Shown: positions 18,967 through 29,709 of the stretch, in pieces
How positions within the stretch are numbered: position 1 is the stretch's first letter
How the letters are laid out: each line of letters opens with the position of its first letter
Assembly: GCA_900541885.1 (NCBI GenBank)
Contig: UQKW01000002.1
Span: 71,514 to 135,513, forward strand
From: an uncultured Collinsella sp.
GTDB taxonomy: Bacteria > Actinomycetota > Coriobacteriia > Coriobacteriales > Coriobacteriaceae
Length of the DNA stretch: 64,000 bases
Reading direction: 5' to 3'
Notes under the pieces: model-generated
Seen by the model: only the letters and a program-made list of their open reading frames with translations
The model's database searches: none
What the model was told of the DNA's origin: nothing
Translations under genes and position numbers: made by a program

Positions 18967-19694
18967 TGAAGATTATTAAAGCTAAAGACTACGAGGATAT
19001 GAGCCGCAAGGCCGCCAATATCATCTCGGCGCAGGTTATCCTCAAGCCCGACTGTGTGCTGGGCCTTGCCACCGGCTCCACCCCGATCGGTGCCTACAAG
19101 CAGCTCGCTGCTTGGTACGAGAAGGGCGACGTCGACTTTGCCGAGGTCAGCACATACAACCTGGACGAGTATCGCGGCCTTTCGCACGACGATCCCCAGA
19201 GCTATCACTACTTTATGCGTGAGAACTTCTTCGATCACATCAACATCGACCTGAACAACACGCATGTGCCCGACGGTTCCAACCCCGACGCCGCCGCTGC
19301 CTGCTCTGAGTACGACAAGATCGTCGCGGCCGCCGGTTACCCGGATCTGCAGCTGCTCGGCATTGGCAACAACGGCCACATCGGCTTCAACGAGCCCGAT
19401 GACCACTTCTCCAAGGGCACGCACTGTGTCGACCTCACCGAGAGCACCATTCAGGCCAACAGCCGCCTGTTCGACAGCATCGACGATGTTCCCCGTCAGG
19501 CCTACACCATGGGTACCCAGACCATCATGTATGCCCGCATGATCCTGGTCGTCGCCAACGGCGAGGCCAAGGCTCAGGCCGTGCACGATATGTGCTATGG
19601 TCCGGTTACGCCCAAGTGCCCGGCTTCGATCCTGCAGCTGCACACCAACTGCGTTGTCGTTGCCGACGAGGCCGCCCTTTCGCTCTGCGAGTAG
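18967..19694 (+). CDS. nagB: Glucosamine-6-phosphate deaminase
   Basis: GLATGSTP...YNLDEY...GIGNNGHIGFNEP blocks. The start was chosen at MKIIKAKDY. Confidence 0.85.
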
Positions 19695-19726
19695 CGCGAA
19701 TCCTGCACCTCGACATAGCCTTGCCT

Positions 19727-19755
19727 AAGGCCTCCGCTTTGCGGGGGCCTTTTTG
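19727..19755 (+). terminator. Rho-independent terminator after nagB
   Basis: aaggcctccgctttgcgggggcctt followed by tttgc. Confidence 0.6.
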
Positions 19756-20141
19756 CTATCCCTTTCCGCCCGCTTGACCAAAATCTTGCCGCAAGCTTGA
19801 CGAATGCCGGATGCCCGACAGCTTGATTCATTCCATATCAGATTCTATGCAAAAATGCCACTAAAAGGTCGTAGACGGTAGCGGGTGCTAGGCGAGTTGA
19901 ATGACATAGCTGAACCTTGTTCATTTGCGTTACACTGCCGCTTAGATGGGACAAGCTGACAAGCCATTTACCTGCTTAAAGACCGATTAGTCGGGGGATT
20001 AATAACAATCGGCCCTCGCTGTACAAAAACTTGCCGCTTGCGTACCAAAAGACAACCTAGAACACAAGGTCGCTCTATTCATAGCGCGGCTTGTATGGTC
20101 TTGCGGTTACAGTGTCCATACGGTCGAGTTGAGGAGCGGGC

Positions 20142-23141
20142 ATGGTAAACGATTTGGACAGTATAGACGACCTCGAGCTGATGCCGCTGGGCGGAGGCTA
20201 TATGGTGCGACGCGAACGCTTGATGAATGAGCTTCTCGCCAAGGGCCGAAAGGCCGGCATCGTGGTTCTCTATGCGCCCGACGGGTTTGGGAAGACCTCG
20301 GTGCTGCTGCAGTACACCCATGAGGTTAAATGCGACCCGACGCGAGGCCCCGTGCGGATTATCGAGGCCGATCGCGCCACTGGGCGCGAGGTGTTTATGC
20401 AGCTCGAGGTGGTTACCGAAGAACTCAAAGACAAACCGCACTCCCTTATCGCGATTGATAATGTGCCAAACCTCGATCAGCACGATACCGAAGACCTCAT
20501 CGACAGGATTCGCGGCCTGCGCGCTATGGGGGTAGGGGTCTTTATCTCCTGCCGTCCTTCAAATCGTCAACTGATTCATGGGCTGGGCGATTCGGTTAAG
20601 ATTAATGCGCAGATGCTCAAGGTGCATGCCTATGAGTATTCGGCGTGGGCATCGGCGTTTTCGATCAGCACATCGCTCGACTTTTATCAGCTTACGCAGG
20701 GCGTGCCCGAGCTCGTTTCGGCATTGCAGACGGGTCTGTATGGCCAAGGCGACGTAGCCGGTCTGCTCGAAAACGAGATTGTCAACGTATATGGCGCGGC
20801 ACTTGTCGACCTGGCTTCGCTCGACAATAATGCGCTGTTTTGCGTGGCATGTCTCATGATTTTGATGGGCGAGGGCAATATCGCAGAGCTCGAGGCTTGT
20901 GGGGTGAGACTGTCGATGGTCGACCAGTCCTACCTTGTACGCGATTACCCGATCTTTGGTTTAGATCCGGCCGACCGGAGCTTTACGTGCCTGGGCGCCG
21001 AGGATAACGGACGGCTTCGCCTGCGAAAGTTGGTGGCCGAGATCCGTCCCGAGCTAGTTCCGCGGGCGGCTCGAATTTTGCTCAAGGCAGGCCGATGTGA
21101 TGCGGCGATGGACCTGGCCGACGCCTTTCTGGACCGTAGCGTGGTCCTTGAACTTGCCGGGCAGTATGGGGTCGATCTTGCTCTGACGGGGCACGGTGCC
21201 GATGTCTGCCGGGCGGCGTTGAGTACGATCGATGCCGAAGATCACGCTCCAGAGCCAACGCCTGCCGAGGCACTCGGGGTATATTTGGCGGCGGTCAGCG
21301 TGTCCAACACAAAGCTCGCCCGCTGCATGGCATCGCTCATTGAGCATGCGGGCGATCGGGCAGCCTGTGAAATAGATCCCGTTTCGTGGAAGGTCGCCCA
21401 GGTCCTTACGGCAGTTTGCTATGGGGACAACGGGCTTGGGCTTCCCATGAACCTTGCTGTGCCGGAAATCGAGACGGAACACACGGCACTCGACATGCTC
21501 TTTGCACATATCGGGGCCAAGCACTGGTTGGCTGAGCGGGGAGACGACGGTGGTGCTCTGCAGCAGCTCAAAACGCGCAAAGCATATGACTGCGAGCTCG
21601 ATATCGCGGGGACTTTTATACGGGCCGATAGCATGCTAGTGGAGCTCTTCGATGGGTCGTTTGCGGGGATCGACGAGCGCGACGACGAGATGGCGCTGAT
21701 ACGGGACGCGCTCGATGTACGTGGACTTAAGGCGCCGGCTATCTGGGTGCGCATGGTGCTGGCGGCACGGCGGCTCCTTTCCGGCTTGCCGGTAACCGAC
21801 GATGCGGCGTTCAACGAGCTCGATCGCTTTGCCGTACGCATGCGCGACAACCAGATTCAGCTGTTTGGCCTGCTGCTAGAAGGCTGGCAATCGCTGGCAG
21901 AAGGTCGGCCGGTCAATGCGAAGTTCCGCGCGGTCCAGGTGCTCAAACTGGCTGAGGAGCCAATTGCATACATGCGCGACAATGCGTTGCTGCTGGAGCG
22001 TGCGGCGTATCTGCGTAACACCTCGATGGTTTCGGTGCGCGAGGAGGCGGAGCTGCTCGATATAAGCCAGACGCAGGTTGGTGGTGCAGAAGCATGGATG
22101 GTGGCGCTGCATTTGGCTTGCGCGGGGCGAGATAGCGATCTTGCGGCCTGGATGTCCATGAATCGCGCGGGGATTCTAGAGCCATCGTATCGGCTCTTTG
22201 CACGCCTTGCCATGCATTGTCTGGGCGAGCCGGCGGCCAGAATTCGTAAGAAACTCCCCGTGCGCGAGCTATCGCGGTACTCGCTGCGTGACGATCTGGA
22301 AGGGGAGGGTGAGCGCCTGTTCCAGGCCGGCGAGGTTGAAGCCGTTGATACCATTGACCATATCGAGATTCGCATGTTTGGTGCGTTTCGCGCCGAGCGC
22401 GACGGGTTTCCCATCACGGACAAAATGTGGCGCCGCAAGAAGGCGGCGACACTTGCCGAGCGGCTTGCGCTGGGCATGGATGCGCTCGTCGATCGTGAGA
22501 CGCTGGCCATGGAGTTGTGGCCCCATGCCGAGTTCAATAGCGCCCGCAACAACCTATACTCGACGATATCGCGCTTGCGGTCGGCTTTGGGACCGACGCC
22601 GGATGGCAAGTCGTGCGTGCTCATCCAAAATGAATGCATTGGGCTCAACAGTGACTACGTCAAGACCGATGTACGGCTGTTTGACCAGATAAGCCGCGAG
22701 GTTTTGGGAAATCGCACGGGTGCGCGCGGGCCCCATTTAGTTGAGCTGTGCCTTAAGATTGAGCAGCTTTATGCCGGACCGCTGTATGTTCCCAATGGCT
22801 GTAATCCCACCTACTTTTTGCGTATGCGACGCATTATGCAGTCAAAGTTCATCGATTGCATGATTAAGGGAGCAAATGCCGCTCTAGAAGAAAACGATTT
22901 GCAGTCGGCGATTTGGCTGGCGGAGTCGGGGCTTCGACAGGAAACGGCGCGTGAGGATATGGTGCGCTGCGCCATGCGTGTCTACAGTGCGGCGGGGCGG
23001 CGGCGCGATATCGTCGAGCTATACAGTGGGCATATGCACCATCTGAGGGAGCAGGTCAATGGCGTGCCCGAGCCCGAGACGAGGCGTCTATACGAGCGCT
23101 TGGTGGAGGGGCGGCTCAATCGCGTGTTGGTCGAGCGATAA
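20142..23141 (+). CDS. Large (999 aa) STAND-like P-loop NTPase regulator with a C-terminal OmpR/PhoB-type winged helix plus BTAD (SARP-like) module
   Basis: Walker A LYAPDGFGKTSVLL near the N-terminus, then a long helical middle. The C-terminus IEIRMFGAFRAERDGFPITDKMWRRKKAATLAERLAL...ELWP (wHTH) is followed by a TPR-like BTAD segment. The gene follows a 440-bp AT-rich leader. Confidence 0.8.
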   Translation: MVNDLDSIDDLELMPLGGGYMVRRERLMNELLAKGRKAGIVVLYAPDGFGKTSVLLQYTHEVKCDPTRGPVRIIEADRATGREVFMQLEVVTEELKDKPHSLIAIDNVPNLDQHDTEDLIDRIRGLRAMGVGVFISCRPSNRQLIHGLGDSVKINAQMLKVHAYEYSAWASAFSISTSLDFYQLTQGVPELVSALQTGLYGQGDVAGLLENEIVNVYGAALVDLASLDNNALFCVACLMILMGEGNIAELEACGVRLSMVDQSYLVRDYPIFGLDPADRSFTCLGAEDNGRLRLRKLVAEIRPELVPRAARILLKAGRCDAAMDLADAFLDRSVVLELAGQYGVDLALTGHGADVCRAALSTIDAEDHAPEPTPAEALGVYLAAVSVSNTKLARCMASLIEHAGDRAACEIDPVSWKVAQVLTAVCYGDNGLGLPMNLAVPEIETEHTALDMLFAHIGAKHWLAERGDDGGALQQLKTRKAYDCELDIAGTFIRADSMLVELFDGSFAGIDERDDEMALIRDALDVRGLKAPAIWVRMVLAARRLLSGLPVTDDAAFNELDRFAVRMRDNQIQLFGLLLEGWQSLAEGRPVNAKFRAVQVLKLAEEPIAYMRDNALLLERAAYLRNTSMVSVREEAELLDISQTQVGGAEAWMVALHLACAGRDSDLAAWMSMNRAGILEPSYRLFARLAMHCLGEPAARIRKKLPVRELSRYSLRDDLEGEGERLFQAGEVEAVDTIDHIEIRMFGAFRAERDGFPITDKMWRRKKAATLAERLALGMDALVDRETLAMELWPHAEFNSARNNLYSTISRLRSALGPTPDGKSCVLIQNECIGLNSDYVKTDVRLFDQISREVLGNRTGARGPHLVELCLKIEQLYAGPLYVPNGCNPTYFLRMRRIMQSKFIDCMIKGANAALEENDLQSAIWLAESGLRQETAREDMVRCAMRVYSAAGRRRDIVELYSGHMHHLREQVNGVPEPETRRLYERLVEGRLNRVLVER

Positions 23142-23210
23142 AAAACGGGCGCCCGAAGTACTTGGGCACCCGTAAGCTTGCTATGTGTTGGCTCGCCGGA
23201 TCATTGGCTC

Positions 23211-23510
23211 TTAGACGAGCTTGATCTTCTCGATATCCTTGCGCGAGGACTCGCGATACAGCGAGAACTTGCGGCCGATGACCTGGACGACCTCGGCGTG
23301 GCAGCGCTCGGCGAGCTCTTCGGCGGCTTCGCGGGCGGAAAGACTGGAGCCATCGAGCACGGAGCACTTAACGAGCTCGTGCTTCTCCAGATAGGCGACC
23401 GTCTGCTCGACGGTGCCCTCATTAATATCGGACTTGCCGATGATGATGGCGGGGTTGAGGTGATGGGCCATGCTGCGAAGCTGCTTGACCTGGGCTCCTG
23501 TCAGTGCCAT
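23211..23510 (-). CDS. YhbY/CRS1-family (CRM-domain) RNA-binding protein
   Basis: LTGAQVKQLRSMAHHLNPAIIIGKSDINEGTV...HELVKCSV matches the YhbY fold. Confidence 0.8.
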   Translation of the reverse strand: MALTGAQVKQLRSMAHHLNPAIIIGKSDINEGTVEQTVAYLEKHELVKCSVLDGSSLSAREAAEELAERCHAEVVQVIGRKFSLYRESSRKDIEKIKLV

Positions 23511-23668
23511 GGGTTCTCGCTTTCTATGTATGGGGCGCCCCGCGACGGGGCCTTAATCTACGTGAGCTGTCCCACGATAACGCAGGAACGGCGCGGTGTG
23601 GAGCGCGTTTGCCCAGTTCAAAAAGAATGCGGATGCCGAATGAGTGGGCGGTGCGGGCTGCGAACAGG

Positions 23669-24556
23669 CTATGAGCTGGGCGCAGAGACCGGCTCCCATG
23701 CAATAAACGCCCAGCGAACCTTACGGATATGGTCGAGCATATAGCGCCCCTGCGGCACGCCCTTGGAGCCCGGCTCACCGGCATGGGGATTCTCGATCAT
23801 GTGCTGGGCGATGTAGTCGCGCAGACGGTCGACCTTATCCTCGTTGCCATGCTCAAGCATGCGGGAAAAGTCCGCCACGCCCGCTTCAAGGCTGTCGAAG
23901 GTATCGCGACGCGGCGATTCAAAGTACGTGACCTGCGGCAGGGCACCCATCTGAATGAGGATATTAAAGGCATACACAAAGCCATTACTGCAGGTAACCG
24001 AGGCACCGATGGCATTCATCAAGTGCAGGTCATAGCGCGGGCTGGAGTTAGCGACCATCGTGACAGCACAACGCCGACGAGCTGTACGGTCGAGCTTGGC
24101 AAGCGCACCTTTTAGATCGGTCGTCGTAACCGACCGACTGGCAAAGGCAACATCCACCGCTTTCGCGACCGGTCCAACCAAATCCCAATCATCATCCCAA
24201 GCAAGCTCAAGCGGCGTAATGAGATCCTCGAGCCCATAGTACTCAATACCAGCATCAAGCGTGCCCAACATAGCAGGGGAAAAGTCAGCCGCAATCACAG
24301 GATGCCCAGCCTGAGCAAGCGGAATAGCAATCGACCCAGCCCCACACCCCATATCAAGCACGGATTCACCAGGCTTTAACGCCAACAGCTTGATAAAGTC
24401 CCGGGCATACGGGGCAGTCTCCAACGGACGAAAATGCCGAGCCCGCTTATCCCACTCAAAAGAATCATCAGCCCGCCGCCGACCAGCCTGCAAGCGCATC
24501 CATTCGCCATTCCAATCAGCAGAAAGAAGCTCAGAACGAATCAAACCATCAGCCAC
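23669..24556 (-). CDS. Class I SAM-dependent methyltransferase
   Basis: Motif I VLDMGCGAGSIAIPLAQAGHPVIAADFSPAML. Confidence 0.75.
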   Translation of the reverse strand: MADGLIRSELLSADWNGEWMRLQAGRRRADDSFEWDKRARHFRPLETAPYARDFIKLLALKPGESVLDMGCGAGSIAIPLAQAGHPVIAADFSPAMLGTLDAGIEYYGLEDLITPLELAWDDDWDLVGPVAKAVDVAFASRSVTTTDLKGALAKLDRTARRRCAVTMVANSSPRYDLHLMNAIGASVTCSNGFVYAFNILIQMGALPQVTYFESPRRDTFDSLEAGVADFSRMLEHGNEDKVDRLRDYIAQHMIENPHAGEPGSKGVPQGRYMLDHIRKVRWAFIAWEPVSAPSS

Positions 24557-24720
24557 GGGCCATCCCCCTTACAACAAAAAAGCGACTCCTCCCAAAAGAA
24601 GAGCCGCAACCAGCATATATCAGAAAGAACCGATCCAACGCCAAACCGCCATACCAGCAAAGTAGGGCAGAAGCGAAGCGACTGCCAAAGGGATAGAACC
24701 CAACCGAGGTCCCGTTGTGC

Positions 24721-24863
24721 GGGAGCCCCGCCGTCGGGCGGCAAACATATAAGGTCGATCGCGAGTTCCGCACGAGCCGGAGAGCACTTAATGTGCTCTC
24801 CGTGCGAGTCAGGACTGTCCGAGCAGGCGACCTTATATGTCTGCCGCCCGACGGCGGGGCTCC
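24721..24863. repeat. ~143-bp nested palindrome (arms 24721-24757 and 24828-24863, 1 mismatch; inner hairpin gagcacTTAATgtgctc), related to the element at 3048-3187
   Basis: Arms reverse-complement each other. It shares the cgggagcccc arm start and an ATTAA/TTAAT-loop inner hairpin with the 3048-3187 element. Confidence 0.75.
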
Positions 24864-24879
24864 TCGCCCGAACCCTCAG

Positions 24880-26244
24880 CTAGTTCTTCAGCGAGTTCAG
24901 CGGTGCCGGGAAGCGTCCGCCACGGTGGGCAAGCACGGTGCCGGCGTTGGGGTTCACCGGCATGATGGGTGCACGGCCAAACAGGCCGCCGTACTCGACG
25001 CAGTCGCCCACGCCCTTGCCGATGGCGGGAATCACGCGGACGGCCGTGGTCTTGTTGTTGATGACGCCGATGGCCATCTCGTCTGCGATGATGCCGGCGA
25101 TGGTCTCGACCGGGGTGTCGCCGGGGATGGCGATCATGTCCAGGCCGACGGAGCACACGCAGGTCATGGCCTCGAGCTTCTCGAGCGAAAGCGCACCGGC
25201 CTCGACGGCGGCGATCATACCGGCGTCCTCGGACACGGGGATGAAGGCGCCCGAGAGGCCGCCCACGCTGGAGCTGGCCATGACGCCGCCCTTCTTGACG
25301 GCATCGTTGAGCATGGCGAGCGCACAGGTCGTGCCGGGGCCACCGCAGGTGCCCACGCCGATGATCTCGAGGATGCGGGCAACGGAGTCGCCGATGGCAG
25401 GCGTGGGAGCCAGCGACAGGTCGACAATGCCCTTCTCGACACCCAGACGATGGGCGGCCTCGCGGCTCATGAGCTCGCCGGCGCGGGTGATCTTAAAGGC
25501 GGTCTGCTTGATCTTCTCGGCAACCTCCATCATCGATGCGGAGTCGGGCAGCGTCTCCAGGGCTGCGGCCATAACGCCGGGGCCCGAGACGCCTACGTTG
25601 ATGACGGCGTCGGCCTCGCCACCGCCGTGGACGGCGCCCGCCATAAACGGGGAGTCCTCGACCATGTTGGCAAAGCAGACAAACTTGGAGGCGCCGACGG
25701 AGTCCTGGTCGGCCGTGAGCTTGGCGGCATCGATGATGGTCTGGGCGGCCATGAGCACGGCATCCATGTTGATACCGGCGCGCAGGCTGGCGACGTTGAC
25801 GCTGGAGCAGACGCGGCTCGTGGTAGCGAGCGCCTGAGGGATGGACTGGATGACGCGGCGGTCGGCGTCGCCGATGCCCTTCTGGACGAGTGCGGAGAAG
25901 CCGCCCAGGTAATCGATGCCGAGCGTCTCGGCCGCGCGGTCGAGGGCATGCGCGATGGGGGTGAGGTCCTCATCCTTACAGCACGCGGCGATCTGCGCCA
26001 CCGGGGTGACGGAAACGCGCTTGTTGACGATGGGGATACCGTACTCGCGCTCGAGGTTCTCGGCGGTCTCGACCAGGTGCTCGGCCGTGTGCGTCACGTG
26101 GTCGTAGATCTTCGTGCACATGCGGTCGAGGTTCTCGTCACCGCAACCCATGAGCGAAACACCCATGGTGATGGTCCTGATGTCGAGGTTCTGCTCCTCA
26201 ACCATGCCGCGGGTTTCCGCGATTTCTGCGGGCGTGATCGCCAT
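24880..26244 (-). CDS. UPF0210 (DUF711) family protein
   Basis: N-terminus [28 protein letters not shown] and [13 protein letters not shown] are typical of UPF0210. Start chosen at MAITPAEI, which has an aggag RBS. Confidence 0.8.
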   Translation of the reverse strand: MAITPAEIAETRGMVEEQNLDIRTITMGVSLMGCGDENLDRMCTKIYDHVTHTAEHLVETAENLEREYGIPIVNKRVSVTPVAQIAACCKDEDLTPIAHALDRAAETLGIDYLGGFSALVQKGIGDADRRVIQSIPQALATTSRVCSSVNVASLRAGINMDAVLMAAQTIIDAAKLTADQDSVGASKFVCFANMVEDSPFMAGAVHGGGEADAVINVGVSGPGVMAAALETLPDSASMMEVAEKIKQTAFKITRAGELMSREAAHRLGVEKGIVDLSLAPTPAIGDSVARILEIIGVGTCGGPGTTCALAMLNDAVKKGGVMASSSVGGLSGAFIPVSEDAGMIAAVEAGALSLEKLEAMTCVCSVGLDMIAIPGDTPVETIAGIIADEMAIGVINNKTTAVRVIPAIGKGVGDCVEYGGLFGRAPIMPVNPNAGTVLAHRGGRFPAPLNSLKN

Positions 26245-26352
26245 CCTTGCGCTCCTATCTGCCAAAACGAGCATAGTCTTATCTATTCTAACGTGCTGCA
26301 CGTGCCAAGTGGCGCATGCGGCACGTTTTGGTGCTCGGTTGTTTCCGTTGTG

Positions 26353-28911
26353 TTACTGCCCAAAGACCTCTTCGGCGATACGAGCGCTTTCGGCGGCGTC
26401 CTTAGCGTAGTAGTCCGCGCCGATCTGCTTGGCGTATTCGGGGGTGAGCACGGCGCCGCCCACGATGATCTTGACGCCCGGGACCTCGGCATGGAGCAAC
26501 TTGATGGTCTCTTCCATGGCCACGACGGTGGTGGTCATAAGCGCCGAGAGGCCGACGAGTTTGATATCGCGCTCCTTGACGGTCTTGAGTACCTCCTGTG
26601 GATCGACGTCGCGGCCCAGGTCAAAGACGGTATAGCCGTAGTTATCGAGCAGCATCTTGACGATGTTCTTGCCAATGTCGTGGATGTCGCCCTTGACGGT
26701 GGCCACGCAGATCTTGCCCTTGTCGGCAATCTCGCCGGCGGGCATCAGGCGCTTGATGGTGTCGAAGCCCACGCGCGCGGCCTCGGCCGAGGCCATGAGC
26801 TGCGGCAAGAAGAACTTGCCCTGGTCAAAGAGGACGCCAACCTCGTCGAGGGCGGGGATAAAGTGATTGTTGATAAGATCCATAGCGTCGTGATCTGCCA
26901 GCAGACGCTCGGTCTCGGCAGCGATCTCGCCTTTGCGGCCCGAGACGACCATGCGACGAATCGGGTCGTCGTTGCCGTCGGTGCCGGCGGTGCCCACGGC
27001 AGGCGCGGCATCACTCGATGCGGCCTGAGCTGCCGCCGGGTTTGCGGCGATCTTGTACGGATCGGTCCAGCCGGCGTAGCGCTCGATGTATCCGGTCGAG
27101 CCCTCGTCCTCAACGCTCAACACGCGATAACTGTAGACGGTGTCCATAAAGCGCTTAGAGCCCGGGTTCATGATGGGGGCGTCCAGGCCCGCGCCAAAGG
27201 CGGCAGCCAAAAAGACCGAGCCCAGCAGTGGGCGGGCAGGCAGACCAAAGCTGATGTTCGACACGCCGAGTGCGCATTTGACGCCCAGACGCTCCTTGCA
27301 CAGAGACATGGCGCGCAGGATCTGCTCGGCTTGGCGCTGGTTGGTCGAAGCGGTCATGACCAGGCAGTCGATGAGGATACGGTTCGGACCGATGCCGTAG
27401 CGGGCGGCTTCGGCCACGATGCGCTCGGCGATGGCAAAGCGCGCCTCGGCGGTATCGGGGATGCCGCCCTCATCGAGCGTGAGGCCGACAACGTTGGTGC
27501 CGTAGTGGGCGACCAGCGGGAAAATCTCGTCCATGATCTGCTGCTTGCCGTTAACGGAGTTGATGATGGGCTTGCCGGCGTAGCGACGTACGGCCGCCTC
27601 GACGGCGGCGGGGTCGGTGGAGTCGATCTGCAGCGGCAGCAGCGTGGATCCCTGCAGCTGCTCGGTTGCCTGTTGGATCACCTTGACCTCGTCGATCTCG
27701 GGCAGGCCCACGTTGACGTCCAGGATGTCGGCGCCCTGCTCCTGCTGGCTGATGCCCTGGCTTACCACGTAATCCAAGTCGCCGTCGCGCAGGGCCTGCT
27801 GCAGGCGCTTTTTGCCGGTGGGGTTGATGCGCTCGCCGATGACGGCGATCTTGTGGCCGTCGCAGGGAAGGTCCACGACCGTCTGGGCGCTCGTGACCGA
27901 CATGCTGGGCTTGCGATGGCGGGGACTGGGCGTGTGGTTATCGATGAGCGTGCGGAGTGCTGCCATGTGTGTGGGCGTGGTGCCGCAGCAGCCGCCGACG
28001 ACGCTCACACCATCCTCGATCATGCCGGCAACGGCCTCGGCGTATTCGGGCGCCTGGATGTCAAAGACCGTGTTGCCGTCGTCGTCCACATGGGGGAGTC
28101 CGGCGTTGGCCTGCACCATGACGGGCTTATCGGTCACGGTGAGCATGCGCGCTGCCAGGCCGCGGAGCTCTGCCGGACCCTGGCTGCAGTTGATGCCTAG
28201 AACATCGGCGCCGATGGCGTCGAGCGTGATGGCGGCGACCTCGGGGCTCGTGCCCAGGAAGGTGCGGCCGTCCTCCTCAAAGGTCATGGTGGCAAAGACG
28301 GGCAGGTCGGAGTTCTCGCGGCAGGCGAGGACGGCCGCCTTAATCTCGGCCAGGTCGGTCATAGTCTCGATAATAAAGAGGTCCACGCCCGCGGCGACGC
28401 CGGCGTGCACTTCCTCGGCAAAGAGGTCGTAGGCTTCGTCAAAGCTAAGCGTGCCCAGGGGGCGCAGCAGGGCGCCGATGGGGCCGATGTCGCCGGCGAC
28501 GTAGCGGGCGCCGGCGGCGCGGGCGCAGGAAACCGCGGCTGCAAAGACGTCGGCCACGGTAGCAGCGCCGTCGAGCTTGTGGGCGTTGGCGCCAAAGGTG
28601 TTGGCGGTGATCACATCACAACCGGCCTGGACATACTGGCGCTGGATATCGGTGATGACCTCGGGCTCGTCAAAGTTGAGCAGCTCGGGCAGGGCGCCGG
28701 CCTTCATGCCTGCTGCCTGCAGCATGGTGCCCATGCCGCCATCGAATAGCAGATGTCCCGTGCCCTCGATCGCTGCACGCAGACGCTCGTCCTTGATGCG
28801 CAGCTCGTCAATCGTGCGCAGCTTGTACGAGGCGCCGTTGCGGCGGGCGGCATCAACCGGTGCCGCCAGCGCGGTGCCATCGGAATCATGAGTGATAAGC
28901 GGGGTGAACAT
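26353..28911 (-). CDS. metH: Cobalamin-dependent methionine synthase, short form lacking the AdoMet activation domain
   Basis: Hcy-binding, pterin-binding and B12-binding domains (DIHDIGKNIV). 852 aa. Confidence 0.9.
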   Translation of the reverse strand: MFTPLITHDSDGTALAAPVDAARRNGASYKLRTIDELRIKDERLRAAIEGTGHLLFDGGMGTMLQAAGMKAGALPELLNFDEPEVITDIQRQYVQAGCDVITANTFGANAHKLDGAATVADVFAAAVSCARAAGARYVAGDIGPIGALLRPLGTLSFDEAYDLFAEEVHAGVAAGVDLFIIETMTDLAEIKAAVLACRENSDLPVFATMTFEEDGRTFLGTSPEVAAITLDAIGADVLGINCSQGPAELRGLAARMLTVTDKPVMVQANAGLPHVDDDGNTVFDIQAPEYAEAVAGMIEDGVSVVGGCCGTTPTHMAALRTLIDNHTPSPRHRKPSMSVTSAQTVVDLPCDGHKIAVIGERINPTGKKRLQQALRDGDLDYVVSQGISQQEQGADILDVNVGLPEIDEVKVIQQATEQLQGSTLLPLQIDSTDPAAVEAAVRRYAGKPIINSVNGKQQIMDEIFPLVAHYGTNVVGLTLDEGGIPDTAEARFAIAERIVAEAARYGIGPNRILIDCLVMTASTNQRQAEQILRAMSLCKERLGVKCALGVSNISFGLPARPLLGSVFLAAAFGAGLDAPIMNPGSKRFMDTVYSYRVLSVEDEGSTGYIERYAGWTDPYKIAANPAAAQAASSDAAPAVGTAGTDGNDDPIRRMVVSGRKGEIAAETERLLADHDAMDLINNHFIPALDEVGVLFDQGKFFLPQLMASAEAARVGFDTIKRLMPAGEIADKGKICVATVKGDIHDIGKNIVKMLLDNYGYTVFDLGRDVDPQEVLKTVKERDIKLVGLSALMTTTVVAMEETIKLLHAEVPGVKIIVGGAVLTPEYAKQIGADYYAKDAAESARIAEEVFGQ

Positions 28912-28920
28912 CGAGGGCTC

Positions 28921-29709
28921 CTAATGGTTGGAGTAGCAGGTGGTATGGGCGGCGCGGAAGCGGCAGTGCTCGCGCATACGGCAGATATTGCAGGTGGGAC
29001 GGGTCTGGGCATCGTGGACCTCGCCATCGAACAGACCGATTACCGCGGTCACGCTCTTGGTGGGCATGAGCAGGCTGGTGGGCGTGACGGTAAGCCCGAT
29101 GAGCCGCGTGGCGTTGAGCGCATTGACGATCGAGCGCTGGGCCGAGAGCGGGCAGTCGCCGTAGCCGGGACTAAAGCGCCAGTTGCCGGCGAGCCCATGA
29201 ACGGCGGCGTCCGTCTTGACCTGCTGGTCCATTTGCTCAACGGCGGCTTCCACGTAAGCGGAGCACGCGGCGTCGAGCACGGCGCCCTCCAGGGGCTGCT
29301 GGGCTCCCGTGGTGCGCAGGCGACGCTCGGCGTCCATGCCGAGGGTGCATGCCATGAGCGCGGCAAAGCGGGCATCTTTGAGATGTCGATAGATATCGCG
29401 ACCTCGCAGCTCAACGTTGGTGCCGACCAAGCGAATGCAAGGCTCACTTTGTTCGTCCACGCCCGTGGCATCGACGGCAAATACGCGGCGCACGCCACGG
29501 GGCTCAATGTCAAGTTCCAGACGCTCGACCACAAGCTCAATACGCTGCGACAGCTCGGGCTCAATCTGCTGGCCGCCGTAACCCAGATACCGCAGCATCT
29601 CGGCACGGTCGACACGGGGATGGTGCGCAGCATCGACACGGTAAAGCGCCGGCGACGCAAGGTCGGCCGGCACTTCGACAGCGGTTGTATCGATGTGCGG
29701 TTTTTCCAT
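28921..29709 (-). CDS. Stand-alone methionine synthase activation (AdoMet-binding) domain protein
   Basis: The C-terminal block GYGDCPL...RIGLTVTPTSLLMPTKSVTAVIGL matches the MetH reactivation domain. The first 103 aa of the 365-aa track ORF are treated as a spurious extension, and the start is placed at MEKPH. Confidence 0.7.
   Translation of the reverse strand: MEKPHIDTTAVEVPADLASPALYRVDAAHHPRVDRAEMLRYLGYGGQQIEPELSQRIELVVERLELDIEPRGVRRVFAVDATGVDEQSEPCIRLVGTNVELRGRDIYRHLKDARFAALMACTLGMDAERRLRTTGAQQPLEGAVLDAACSAYVEAAVEQMDQQVKTDAAVHGLAGNWRFSPGYGDCPLSAQRSIVNALNATRLIGLTVTPTSLLMPTKSVTAVIGLFDGEVHDAQTRPTCNICRMREHCRFRAAHTTCYSNH

Noticed and set aside
24715-28200. 1161-aa ORF on the plus strand
   Set aside because: Lies opposite UPF0210 and metH, both with clear homology. 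The translation is low-complexity Gly/Ala/Asp/His, a GC artefact.
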